Position numbers and translations under genes: made by a program. The notes under the pieces were generated by a model. It saw only the letters and a list, made by a program, of their open reading frames with translations, did no database searches and was not told the origin of the DNA. From positions 38,874,001 to 38,938,000 of the forward strand of contig CM060734.1 in NCBI GenBank assembly GCA_030704615.1: DNA of 64,000 nt. The letters run 5' to 3'. Of the stretch, positions 13,054-25,067 are shown in pieces (within the stretch, counting starts at the first letter, position 1; every line of letters starts with the position of its first letter). Origin of the DNA: Takakia lepidozioides. Its lineage: Eukaryota > Plantae > Bryophyta.

Positions 13054-13179
13054 GCATATACTGCCCGCCCTGGTCATATACGCTCGGCCTAGCGACAAGT
13101 GCTCCATACTCTGTTGGTATCACTGGCGCAGCCCGTGACTGCTTTTGCGTTTCAACATGCAAATCATGCTACAATGGTT

Positions 13180-16100
13180 TGTCATGGATACCACTGTACC
13201 CCTTCAACTTATTGACATTGACTCTTCCCAGCATCTCTTTGTTAATGGTTTGTAACATGGCGGTGTTGTTATCATACATCTTCTGTATGACATAAGGTCA
13301 TTTCCATGGTGATTTAAGCTGAAAAGCTTTAATCTTTCCCTTCTTCTGCAACCAGAGAACCAAATCTCCCGTCTTAAAAGTCTTTATCTTGCCTTCATCA
13401 AACTGTTCCTTTCTCTTCATCTGAATTTTGGTCATGTTATCAGCTGCATCAGTACGTACTTCTTCCACATGGTATAATTCATGTTTCCTGACCTTAATTG
13501 AATCTTGCAATTCCATTCTCTTTCCCCATTCCATTCTCATGGTAGGTAACAGGAATTCCACTGGAAGTAAAGCTTCCATACCATAAACTAATTGGAATGG
13601 TGTATACTTAGTGGTGACTTTATATGAAGTCATGTATGACCACAAAGCTGTCAGCAGCTTTGTATCCCAATCCGTTCTGTTTGCATTGACTATCTTAGCC
13701 AAGATAGTACATAGTATTTTGTTGGTAGCCTCTGCCTGCCCATTACCCTGTGGGTAATATGTTGTACTCTTCCTATGCACAATCATGAACTCTTTAGTCA
13801 ATAATTCAATGGTCTCATTAATGAAGTGACTTCCCTGATCACTGATAAATTCCAAGGGACAGCCAAATCGTGTAAGTATGTTCTCATACAGGAACCTTGT
13901 TGTGGACTTGGCTGTGTTGTCCCTCAAAGCTTTAGCTTCCACCCACTTCGTAGTATAATCAGTGGTTGTAATTATGTACCTGTTTTGTGTATTCTTGGCT
14001 GGTGGGTTAATTGGTCCAACAAATTCTAGTCCCCATTTCTGAAATGGTTCCGTAGGCATTGTAGGATGCAAAGTCATCTTCCCAGATCTCTGCAAAGGTC
14101 CTAGCCTTTGACATTCATCACAACTCTGACAATACTTGTGTACATCTTTGAACAAAGTAGGCCACCAGTAACCTGCATGTAGTATCTTCCTACTGGTAGT
14201 CTCTTCTCCAAAATGACCTCCTGCCACTCCTTTATGAACTTCCTCCAAAACTTTATTAACTTTATGGTGGTATAAGCATCGCTTCAGCACTCCATCTGGT
14301 CCTAGCTTATACATTCTGCTCCCTACCATAGTGTAAGGTAGAGCCTTGATAGCAATTCTCTTTCTCTGCTCCTTTCCATAACTTGGTGGGCACTGACCAT
14401 GAGCAAGGTAGTATCTGATTGGCCACTGCCAATCTAACCAGTCATCTGCACTTCCCTGCACCTCCACTGCAAATAGACTCGCATCTGGTAATTGATCATC
14501 TACTCCCGTGGCTGGTTCTCCTGTTGATAACCGTGACAAGTGATCCACCACAAGATGCAGCCTCCCAGGCTTGTAAACAACCTCGAACTCAAACTCGTGC
14601 AAGATTATCAACCATCTTGCTATTCTTCCGCTTATCAGAGGTTTGTTTACCAGGTATATCAGAGCCTGGTGATCCACATAGAACATAAACTTCTTGCCCA
14701 ACAAGTAATGCCTGAATTTCTTCACTGCATAGATCATTGCCAATGCTTCTCTTTCCGTTGTGCTATAATTTCTTTCGGCATTGTTCATCAATCGGCTAGC
14801 ATAGTACACAGGTGAATCTATCATTCATGTAACATTTTGGGCTAACACTGCTCCTAGTGCTTCTCCAGAAGCATCACAGTGAACATGAAATATTTCCTGC
14901 CAGTGAGGATTAATCAGCACAGGTGTAGTTGTTACTGACAATGTAAGTTCCTCAAAAGCCTGTTGACATTCAGGTGTCCATGCAAACACTGCATCTTTCT
15001 TCAGAAGTTTGCTCAATGGTGCTGCTATCTGTGCATACCGTCTGACAAATCTTCTGTAATAACTGGTTTGCCCAAGGAATCTCCTTAGACTCTTAACATT
15101 CACTGGTGGTGGAGAGGCTTTAATGGCCTCTGTTTTCCTGGGATCCACAAGAAGTCCCCTCTTACACACAATGTGTCCCAGAAGCACCCCTGAGTTCACA
15201 CAGAAAGTACACTTCTCTGGATTCAGGCCCAGACCTCTCATCCTGCATCTGGCCAGACATAACTCCAATTTATGCAAGTGCTCATTCTTAGAGCTGTACA
15301 CACTGAAATCATCCAAGAACACCTGCATGAAATCATCCAGATACTCATGAAAAGATTCACTTATCACTCTCTGAAAGGTTGCTGGTGCATTACAAAGTCC
15401 AAATGGCATGACTTTGTATGCATAAGCACCCCAGTCTGTGATGAAAGCTGTCTTTCCTTGGTCTTCTTCTGCCACTTGCACTTGATTATAACCACTGAAG
15501 CCATCCATGAATGAGTACATCTCATGGCCTGCCACAGTGTCCAATACTGCTTCTGTGAATGACAAAGGGAAATGATCTTTCTTCGTACAAGCATTCAGCT
15601 TCTTGTAAGTTCACACAAACTCTTAGTTTACCATTCTTCTTGGGAACTATCACAATGGGTGACAACCAAGTTGTATACTCTATTGGGTATATAAACTTAG
15701 CCTCAGCCAACTTCTTGATCTCTTCTCCAACCTTCTGTGCATAGTTGGGATTCATTCTGTACCTTGCCTGCTTGATTGGTACTGATCCTGGTTCCAGTTC
15801 AATCTTATGCTGACAGATCTCAGGTGGTATCCCTTTTAGATCCTCGTAGCTCCAAGCAAATACATCTCTGTATTTGATGAACAAACTCTTAGCTTCTTCA
15901 AAGAATTCTGGCTCCAAATCAGCTCCTACCTTCACCATCCTTGGTTCCTCTTTAGTTCCCACATTCACTTCCCTCACCTGCTCATCAGCTGTGATTGTCC
16001 AACCAGTCACCACTTCATCCTGTAAACTCACAGTGGCTGGTTCCTCTAGGATTTCCATTTCTCCTTCTCTTTCTTCATAGAAATGTGATGGGTAACTGCT

Positions 16101-17074
16101 GGTTTCCTCTTCAATTGGTGTTGCTGACACTACACCACAGCAGATACCTCTTAAACAACTTAGGCCTTCCAGCCGCATCTTGCAACCTGCTCCCACTCTG
16201 GGTGTGCAGCGAACAGGGTAGCTTCCTGCTCCTCATCCAGTCCTCCTTTCCAGTCATACTCTCTGACCCCTCGAGGTCTTCTCGTAGCAGGTAATCTACT
16301 AGATTTCTTTGTGGTAATTTGTATCTCGTGCATCCCATTATGCACGGTTAGTAACTGAGAATTCCAGTCATGGAATACCCTGGCCTGTTTCAGCCACGGA
16401 CGTCCCAATAATAAGGAGTAAGCCTCCATGACTTCATCCATCTTCAACACAGTTACTGTGATCATAAAGATCATCTTCTGTATCTGTATCTTAACTCCTC
16501 TTATCAATCCCAATGGCTGTACACTTCTTTGATCTGCCATTGTTACTGTAAATGGGGCTGGTTTCATGTTACTTAGACCAAGCTTCTTCCTTAATTGGTC
16601 TGTCATGATATTTACTCCAGAGCCTCCATCTATCAGTACATCAGTTAGTTTTGTGCTTCCAATTCTCAATTGGATTACTGGCATAGAATCATCAAAGTCC
16701 ATGACTGTTTCTCGCCCTTCCGGCTTCACATTATAACTGGTCACCTTGCTGTTCAGGTCTGTGTTTCCTGTCTCCTGGGCAATTCGATTGATTGCTTGAT
16801 ACAGCCTGTGTCTACAATAAGGTGCCACAGCCAATAGCTGTCCAATGGTAATCTCTGCTTTGGTCTGGCATATTACTTCAGCCAAAGTCCCTTCATTACT
16901 TTGCATGTCTGCAACTTCTTTCTTCCTTTCATCCTCACTCACTTCTTCTTCTCCATCAGAATCAGAGGAATCTGCCATAGGAATATCAGTACTCTTCTGC
17001 ATTTCCCTTATGGTATCTGCCACTTCCTTGTGCAGTTCCTTCTCATCTCTCCAAGCCTCATCATCTTCAGGCAT
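13180..17074 (-). pseudogene. pol: pol: aspartic protease, reverse transcriptase, RNase H, integrase (frameshifts and stops)
   Basis: PR VLIDGGSGVN. RT DGFSGYNQ, MPFGLCNAPATFQ, FLDD. RH CDASGEALGAVL, NYSTTEREALA. INT HH-CC zinc finger and DQGSHF...GQAE core, with a degenerate W-x-PY tail and no chromodomain. Confidence 0.95.
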
Positions 17075-18821
17075 ATCACTGCCATTTCATTATCATCATC
17101 TTCCTCAACTACTGGAGGTATTAGTTTGGCTTTGCTTCTTGTTACTATCATTGTACTTACTTCTGGTACAACACATGGCCTAACCATGTGAGCTGCCACC
17201 ACTGGGCCCTCATTCACAGGAGCTCTCATCTCATTTTGGTGTCTAATCCAGAATGAACAGGCTGCCTTGCGATGTCCTGGCTGATTACAATAGTAACACA
17301 GTTCTTCACCATTGGGTCCTCGCCCTTGGTCTGCTCTTGGATTATTTCTGTAATCCTGATTCCCTGGCTGGTAATTCCCCCTTGGATTACCCTGATAGTT
17401 GCCTCTGGAATTTCCTTGGTAATTCCCTCTTGAATTACCTCTCCCTTCCATGCCATTGTTATAACCACCAGGCCTACCATAGTGGTCCTGATCACTGTTT
17501 CTTCTTGGCTGGGGTTGCACTTGATGCACCCTTACTTGCCTAGGTTCTCTTGCAGCTGTCCTTCTGTTGTAGTAACAATTCTCAGTAGAATGGTTATCCA
17601 TTTTACAGATAGTACAGTGTTTCTCCTTCATGTGGCATTCAGTGGTGGTATGGCCTTCATTCTGGCACTTTGCACACCAAACACCCTTCCTCCAATGTGT
17701 TGCAGCCTCTGTGGCATACTTCTTCAAGATTTCTTCTAATCTTTTCTCATAGTTATCCCTCTTCAACTTCTCCTTTCTCTTACTCTTCTTTTTAGTTCTT
17801 GCTCTTCTTCTTCATCTGACTCATCCTCAGAGTCCTCATCATCCCTTTTCTCTCCTGAGCATTCCCAATTGCTCAATTCTGTTTGCAGTTTCAAATGCCT
17901 CCTCCACTGTATTATGGGGTAACATATCCACTTTCTTCTGCAACTCTGGTCTTAGTCCACTCACAAACCAAGTCTTCTGTAAACCTGGTGCTGGTACAGC
18001 AGCCAGCTTTTTCATCATCAATTCCATCTTTTCCATATACTCCTCAACAGTTTCATGCTTCTTTTGCTTTAACTGTTGTAAACTTCCATACACTTCATCC
18101 TCAGTTTTACTTGTCCTGAACCTATTTCGGAATGTTGTATTCAAGCCATTCCAGGTTAGGAAATGATTATCAGGGAATCTTGCATACCATTCACTTGCTT
18201 TCTTGATAAGTGAACAAGGAAACAATCTCATCTTGGCATCATCGCCATTCTCATTGTTCACTATACACATGTGCTCAAATTGGCTAATGTGTACATCGGG
18301 ATCCCCTTTTCCTGAATATATTGGAAAAGGTGGTTTTGCCCGTGTTGGTTGTAACGCCATCTGTGGCCCTACCTTCTGCCCACTGACAGGTGCTGGCACC
18401 CTTGCTGGTGCTGGTCCTTGAGGACCTGTTGTAGTTGTGGTGGATCTTCCACCAAGTGGTGGCCCCTGAGCACTCCTTGCTACTGGCCCCACGATATTCA
18501 CAGTATTCCAAGCTCCAGTTGCACTACTTCCCACACTCCCTGTCCCCCCAGAGCCAGATCCAGGCAGCCCGCCTGATCCCCCTGAGCCGACACCTTCGTT
18601 GGCGTGTGATCCAAGTGCTCCACTTGATCCAGGTCCAACGGGTTGGGATGTCCTGGTTGTAGTCTCAACCTCAGCTGTTGGTCTACTTCTTCATACTCTT
18701 CCTCTTCCAATTTCTTCTCTCTATTTTCATCCTCCAAGTTCTGCCTTTGGGTTTCTTCTTCACTCATGTAACTCAACTGCAATGGTGTTGGAGAGTCTGA
18801 ACTCTCCGTTGGCTCTGCCAC
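17008..18821 (-). pseudogene. gag: gag (retrotransposon capsid plus three CCHC zinc knuckles), frameshifted
   Basis: FPIYSGKGDPDVHISQF...LFPCSLIKKASEWY...LKQKKHETVEEY capsid motifs. Knuckles CAKCQNEGHTTTEC, CTICKMDNHSTENC and CYYCNQPGHRKAAC. Confidence 0.9.
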
Positions 18822-19777
18822 ATCCTCTCCTCCTTCTTCACCTTCCGCTTCAGAAACTGGAGTTCCTGCTTTTGGTGTTCCATGCCAACTCTTATCAAAG
18901 ATTTATGTCAAATCTTTTATCCAGGGATGTACCTCAGATCTTTCACCTCGTGATTGATCTTCTTCCCGTACCAATTCCCTTAATCTTTCTTGCAAAGAAA
19001 AAAAGGAGTGGCATCCAACTCTAGTTCTTCCGGTATGGGTGATGTATTCTCTGATCTTAATGGTGTGAGAGGTCCAGATGATTCCCTATGTCTATTCCTC
19101 TCTCCCAAAGATATGGATAATTAGCTTTCAGATAGCTTTATCTTTTTGCTGAATATCTCTGGCGTCTAGCTTCTCTTTCATCACTCATGTCCCATGTCTT
19201 TCATTTCTTTTAATGTGGCAATAACCAAAACTCTCTTCTGTAATATCTCTCGTATATGCCTGGGTTTCTTTCAAGCTTCAATGCACCCTTGGCTATACTA
19301 GAAGTCTCCGTTACCATATAACCATATGGCAAACAAGTCTGGAAAGTTGTTCTTGGTGTGAGTTTGATCCACAAAATATCCTTTGGAATCCAATTCTTTA
19401 CCAGTACAAGCTCTTCATGCATATGAGTATAAACATTCACCTTTCTTTCCTCCTAGCCTTCAAACTCTACTCGCTTAATGGATAGCAATGCTATCACCTA
19501 AACCAGTGTTGGTAACCAACGTGCTCTTCCTCTACAGGCCACCTGATAAATCTTTATCACTCCTTTCTCCAGACCCCACTCAGGGTCAGCATCATGCACT
19601 CTCTTAAGAATGTTTTCTTTACAACCGTCTGGCAATTCCAAGAACCTCTGAAAGAATCGTTTGGACAATCTTTCCTTCTGAGTTTCACAGGGAATTTGAT
19701 TCACATCAAATTCTTTAATTCTCCATCCACCATGATCCCACCAGATGCCTGTCACATCTCGTTGTTCATGACCCAGT

Positions 19778-19795
19778 TCCCCAGTATGGTCGCCA
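19778..19795 (-). other. Primer-binding site, probably tRNA-Arg type
   Basis: TGGCGACCATACTGGGGA on the minus strand, 2 nt after the 5' LTR. Resembles the complement of plant tRNA-Arg 3' ends (TGGCGAC...TGGGGA). Confidence 0.8.
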
Positions 19796-19797
19796 AA

Positions 19798-20763
19798 TGT
19801 CGCGCGGCTTTTACTCACCCATCCCTTCGCTATCCGAGGTGGGAACTCCAAGATAGAAGAGTTGGAAATCTCTAAGCACTCAGCCCGCTCAGAACAATCA
19901 GTCGTGACCTACAGCTAGTGTATCATGGGGGTGTTTCCTATTTGTACTCCTTCTCGCATTCATGTTAGCGAGTTACCTTACTATCTGCAATTAAGTATCA
20001 GTTTGCTTCAGAAATCTATCAAGTTCCATCCATTCATTCCACAGCTTCACTCAGGTCTCTCGACACAGTGTGAGTATGAAGTATGTATCAGATTAATATC
20101 TATCAAGTATCAGGCTGAAGCCATGGTGTCTCTATTCTGTTCTACATTACAACTCTACTTCTTGCATTCAGCAAGTATCAACATATCGTTCTCCTCCTAC
20201 TCCGTGCTCTCCCTCTTTCTGCTCAGAGATGCGCTCTCCGCTTCATTTCCAAGTAGTCCTCTCCCCCCCCCCCGAAGTCCTTCCAGAAGTCATCCCCCAG
20301 AAGTCCCCGTTCTTGACTTTTTCCCCCTACAAGCTGTTCTAACCGCTTTCCTAACTAACCGTCATCCCTGTAGTACACGTTCCTTTTGCAGATGTTGTTC
20401 CCTCACAGTCGTTCCCTGCCATTGATAACTGTTCCCCAGCTGTGTGAAGCTGTGACTGGCTGTGTAAGGCTGTGGCGGACTGTGACTGGCTGTGTCAGGC
20501 TGTGTAGGGCTATGCGAAGTTGTGGCGGCTGTGTCGAGCTGTGACGGGCTGTGTCGGGCTGTGATTGGCTGTGATGACGGTGTCGGCTATGATTGGCTGT
20601 GGCGGCTGTGTCTGGCTGTGTCGGACTGTGACGGACTGTGTAACCCCCCCCTAAAGTGCGCTGCTGTCACCCCTAAGGCTCCTGTTGGTCTCAGTCTGTG
20701 CAAAAATTAAGGGCACCCCACAGATCCCGTAAAAGTATCTAAGTCCCAAGCAGCCTTCTAACA
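19798..20763 (-). repeat. 5' LTR (966 bp)
   Basis: TGTCGCGCGG...CCTTCTAACA on +. Near-identical to 7367-8369 and adjacent to the PBS. Confidence 0.96.
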
Positions 20764-20998
20764 AGGGGTTCCGAATTTGCTGCTGTTGCTGCTCGCTCTC
20801 TTTTCCTTCGCGGTGAGCAACGACCATCTGCGGCGCATCTCCTCCATCTCGCAACGTCAACTGGGCAGTGGAGGTTGTTTGTTTGGCCGGATCAGTTGGG
20901 CTGGCCTTTATTGTTAAGTCCACCTGCCTCCTCACTGTTTGAGTCGCGATGGATTCTGTTCGGGTTTGTGTGATTTCCTCCAATTTCCGTTCATGGAT
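20764..20998 (-). pseudogene. Exon interrupted by the LTR retrotransposon (continues at 7361-7351)
   Basis: Acceptor ATATAG|ATC at 20999/20998. The frame IHERKLEEITQ...QQIRNP continues through the empty site as SSKR to donor CGG|GTATAC at 7351/7350. Confidence 0.6.
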
Positions 20999-21177
20999 CT
21001 ATATGAGTTTTCGTAACCGTCAGTCACATGTAATGTTGAAGAAGGTGGGAAATATCAAGATACAGATTAGATATTGGCAAAAACACAACCAGAACACAAC
21101 CAGATGCAATACACACAATTTGTTACATTTATAATGCTTAAAGACACCATAAATCTCAGGTGTCATTCGTTACCTAC

Positions 21178-24100
21178 ATCCAAATTGACATGCTGGGAGA
21201 CACTTTGAGAGCAAGTTGGGCTCTGAGTTCGGCCTCTGCCTCCGCTGTTTTTTCTTGGAGACGAGCTTTTAGTCCTGGCTCTGTCACCACTGTCCATTTT
21301 TGCAGGGGACGAGCTCTTAGTCCTCCATCTGTGTCCGCTGTCTTTTGTGGGACACGGGCTCTTTGTCCTTGCTCTCTCTACCCTCTCTTTGGCGGGAGAC
21401 GGGGACATTGGCGCCGGCTCGTCCCCTTCTACAGGTTTGAACCAGTCGTTTGCACTCCCAATAAAATTGCCGTGCACCTCGATTGAGCTCGCCTCCGCAC
21501 CCCTTGATGGTGAAGCAGGATTACTCTTAGTTCTCTCGCTTGAACTCGACGAATCCCCATCCAGAATCACGACATTGTGGACCGCAACGTCTTGGGTGAT
21601 GTTCTCAATACCATCCTGTGACTGAGTTCTGAAGTCATGTATTACATCTAGGTGTCCAGCCTCCCAACGGTTGGCATTGTCACCATCGTGGCCCTCGTTG
21701 TCCCCGTTACCATCGATGCCCTCGTCCTCCTCTCCGTGTTTGGAATGTCCGCCTCCTTCTTCCAAGTCTTCATCTTCCTCCTCCTCATCCTCATCATCGT
21801 CTCCGCCGTCAACCTCTTCAGCAACATTGTCATTCTCAATTTGAAGCTTCTTAAAATCCGCTTCAACTTTTCCTTTGCAAATTTTTTTTTTGGTTGAGTG
21901 GTTGATGTCAAGCACTCAAATGTTTCTTGCCTGCAAATAAACCCAGTCAGTAAAACAGAGGACGTGTTCGATCAAAAATGTAAAATTTGTATTTAAAATG
22001 CAAAAAGGTTTTACACTTACATGAAGGGCGTACGTCAACATCACGCCTCCGAAGATGTTGACAGCGGACATCCCATCTCGACAAAACAGGGAGGCCAAAT
22101 AGTCGTATGTGTCAGCTCGTAGCTCATGATTATATGTCCTGCACTCTTCTTCAAAAGCTGATGGCTTCTCAGAGGGCCCTTCTAGAATCGGCTGTATTGG
22201 CTCGATTAACAGTATGGTGGAGATGTGCTCGTCCGGATTCTGCATCTCCTCAGGTGTCGCTGGAAAAACATAGTCCAGGCACAGTACAGTCCGAGAGAAA
22301 GTCTTTGTGCTGTTTTTGTAAATATTTTCATACTCTCCCGGAACATAAAATCCCTGACGGACAAGATACGATGTTCTTCCGGGACCATTTTGGATGTAGG
22401 AGATCAGATTGGCCGAGGACGGTTGCGTCGAGAAGGAAACAAAAACACTCATGTTCATTTTCTGAGCCACAAAGGCCTCTAGTATGTTCACATAATCCTT
22501 GGACTCAAATACGATAGAGTCGTCTTTAGAAACTGTATTGACGAACACCATCGCTATGTTGTCAAACCGTTTCTTCGGTGTGAGTCGCAGACGAGACTTG
22601 GCATCGGCGAATTTTGTTTCTCCACCCATGATAGCGTAATGAGTCTAGAAACTCGCTGAAATAATCGCCATGTCATCCTCTCTATTCTCATAAGCTTTCT
22701 TGATGGAGGAGACGTACTTAACAAAAGCGGTCGTGAGTGGTTTTGTCTCCATGTTCATCTTGATCTTGCTTTGGATGTAATCCGTCCCCAGTTTGTCTTT
22801 AAATGTTGAGAACTCTGCCTTATTGAAGTGGTACTTTTTCTTCACTTCACGCCACTCGTCCCTAGTGTACGGTTCCGTGTACTGTTTGCTCCTCCGAGGC
22901 CACCCCAACATTTCCATCACATCGTCGACAATAAACCGGCGCATTTTCATGTCGTCTATGTACTTGTTCATGCCTTGAATTGATTTGTCTTGACCTTTGT
23001 AATCTCGAATGGTCAATTTCAGGTCCAGGATTTTCTGCGCAACTTTTATCAGCTGCCATCTATTCAACCCTTGCAGCTTTGCGATAGCAGATTTCGTGAG
23101 CTGTTGCTGTTCACCCTTGTACTGTATCCCAAGCGGGTCGAGTAGCTTTCCCTGCTCACAGTTTTTGAAAATATCTTCCCAGATCTTCCAAACGTCGTCG
23201 TCGCAAAGTACCAGGACCATTGCCTCCTTAATGCTACCCATTTCAAGTATCAAATGACAGGCAAACATGAACTCCTGCATATTCATTCAGGGATAAATTA
23301 GTTGTCACTCCGACAACAGAAGTATTCTTTAGCATAAAATGAATGTGAATAGTAGATTTTGATTCCATAAATGCATACCTTCCATTGTTTCGTCTCGGAC
23401 TTGGTGGTGTGATCGTTGTATTTTCTTGGCTTCCCCCTCAGGTTGAATAACATTCGCACATGCGCAACTTTCTCCGGCATTGTTGTATCAAACTTTTGCG
23501 CCTTATTGGGATCGTTGAGGAGCTTTGACAACTTCAGGAACCTTTGTTCATCGGCAGACCATACAATCTTTGCAGACCACTCCCGGTAGTACTCCTTCAG
23601 TTCGTTGTCGGCAATATCCTCGAGAAGTTCCTGCTACAATTAATGTAAAATGGGTGAGAAAGTTGAAAGTGTGGGGATATATCCAATTTTGTAGTTCAAC
23701 ACCAACCTCCACTGCCCAGTGGAGGTTCGTTAAAAGAGAGGTCTGGGAGGAAATTAAAGTCCATTACCTTTGTTGCCACGATGGTGTATTATCCACCAAT
23801 TACGAAGAACCTTGATACGTCCATCTCCTTCCATTGCTTCGGTCGCGATGAAACAATCTTCTCTGGATTGGAAGGGTTGATTGGCGCAAGATACACCGGA
23901 TGTTTCGAGTCCAACAAATGAAGTTGGAAGAGTCACGCTTTCACTTCGTCCTTATGCTTGATATTTAACGGCCAGTAAACCATGCTCCTTGGAGCTAATT
24001 CCATCATGGAAACCTTCACAAGGAAGGTACTCTCGAATCCGAATGGAAATACATCATTGTATTCCTTCGTGAGCCTCTCCTCCATCTTCTCGCATTTTTC

Positions 24101-24626
24101 CTTGTCAAAAATCTCCCCAGCTTTAGGTCTCTTGTTATCTGACATCAATGCTGGATCCTGATCCTCCTTCTGTTTCTTCTTTCCTACGGAAGTCCCGGCC
24201 TCATTGCCATCATTGTCGGCTGTCGACGACTTGCGTTTTCCCTTCTTTGGCTTTGATGCTTCTTGTAGTGCTCGCTTCTTGCGAATGTCGTTCCCCATTG
24301 CGTGCCAGAAAAATACTCCAAGCCCTCGACAAACCTACGTCTGTAAATACTGAGCCCTCGTCTGGAAATCTAAAGCCCAGTTCAACGCATTCATTCATCA
24401 ACGACTTGTTCAGACGACCCACCTCCACTTTGAAACCAAACGTCCTGGGGGTTCTCGCATCCTCATGCAGGAACAAAACCAACATCGGGTTTTCCTCTTC
24501 AGATTCAAGCTCTATATCGAGAGCTTCTATGTATTTTAAGTCTGTTATTACTCCAAGACTTCTGTAATGAAAAGACAATTTGTGATCAGGAGGTGTACCG
24601 ACAAGCACGATGCCCCAATCTGTCAC
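21178..24626 (-). pseudogene. Spliced ParB/Srx-like + degenerate beta-class N4C/N6A DNA-methyltransferase-like + acidic/SP-repeat protein
   Basis: Phase-0 GT-AG introns at 23631-23767, 23275-23378 and 21931-22020 join the ORFs. ParB-like motifs ELAPRSMVY(W/R)PLNIKHKDEVK and FFVIGG(*/Q)(Y/H)TIVATK. MTase motif X/I-like YDYLASLFCRDGMSAVNIFGG...ALHARNI(*/R)VLDI. Stops at 23933, 23789, 22645 and 21916. Confidence 0.62.
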
Positions 24627-25067
24627 CTCTGGATTAAGCTAAAAAATAGCGGTATGCTCAGTTTTGAAATGTGAGGACTTCCGGCATACGAATGCGCCAC
24701 AAATATCTGCAATCAATCCCTGGACGCAATCTGGTGGTGTAGGATGTCTTCTGTTACAACCAAACACAAATTCATTAGATAATCAAATAACCTGATCTCT
24801 CTTATTAGCATCCATTATTCCAGAAATGAGAACCTCCACTGGACAGTGGAGGTTCGTATGTACAAAACTTTCTACATGAAATGGGAAATCCTCTATATTT
24901 TACAAATGTTGAAGAAAAAACCTTTAATGAAAATGCAGGAGCCATTGAGTACATCATCCTGAAACAGGACTAATCTACAATAGAAATCTTCAAACCTAAT
25001 TCGTCCAAAATATACTAAGGAACTTCTCGCACTATATTCAGACGATTCTAGATTATATACCCAAGAA

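Larger units (their letters stand above)
7367..20763 (-). mobile_element. Full-length Ty3/gypsy LTR retrotransposon, non-chromovirus (Athila/Tat-related or bryophyte Phygy-like), coding regions decayed
   Basis: Two TG...CA LTRs, 5-bp TSD AGGGG at 7362-7366 and 20764-20768, PBS and PPT on the minus strand. Domain order gag-PR-RT-RH-INT, with no chromodomain and no extra archaeal-type RNase H seen. Confidence 0.96.

Noticed and set aside
12641-13162. Repetitive ORFs on both strands (AYHSPARRDT / LGCDRLCRAV) and a possible CRISPR-like array
   Set aside because: These are translations of a stop-free 30-bp minisatellite. There are no unique spacers and no cas genes.
14460-14470. ACCTCCACTG half-site inside pol (also half-sites near 2775 and 24421)
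   Set aside because: No second arm at the right spacing, so not counted as palindrome copies.
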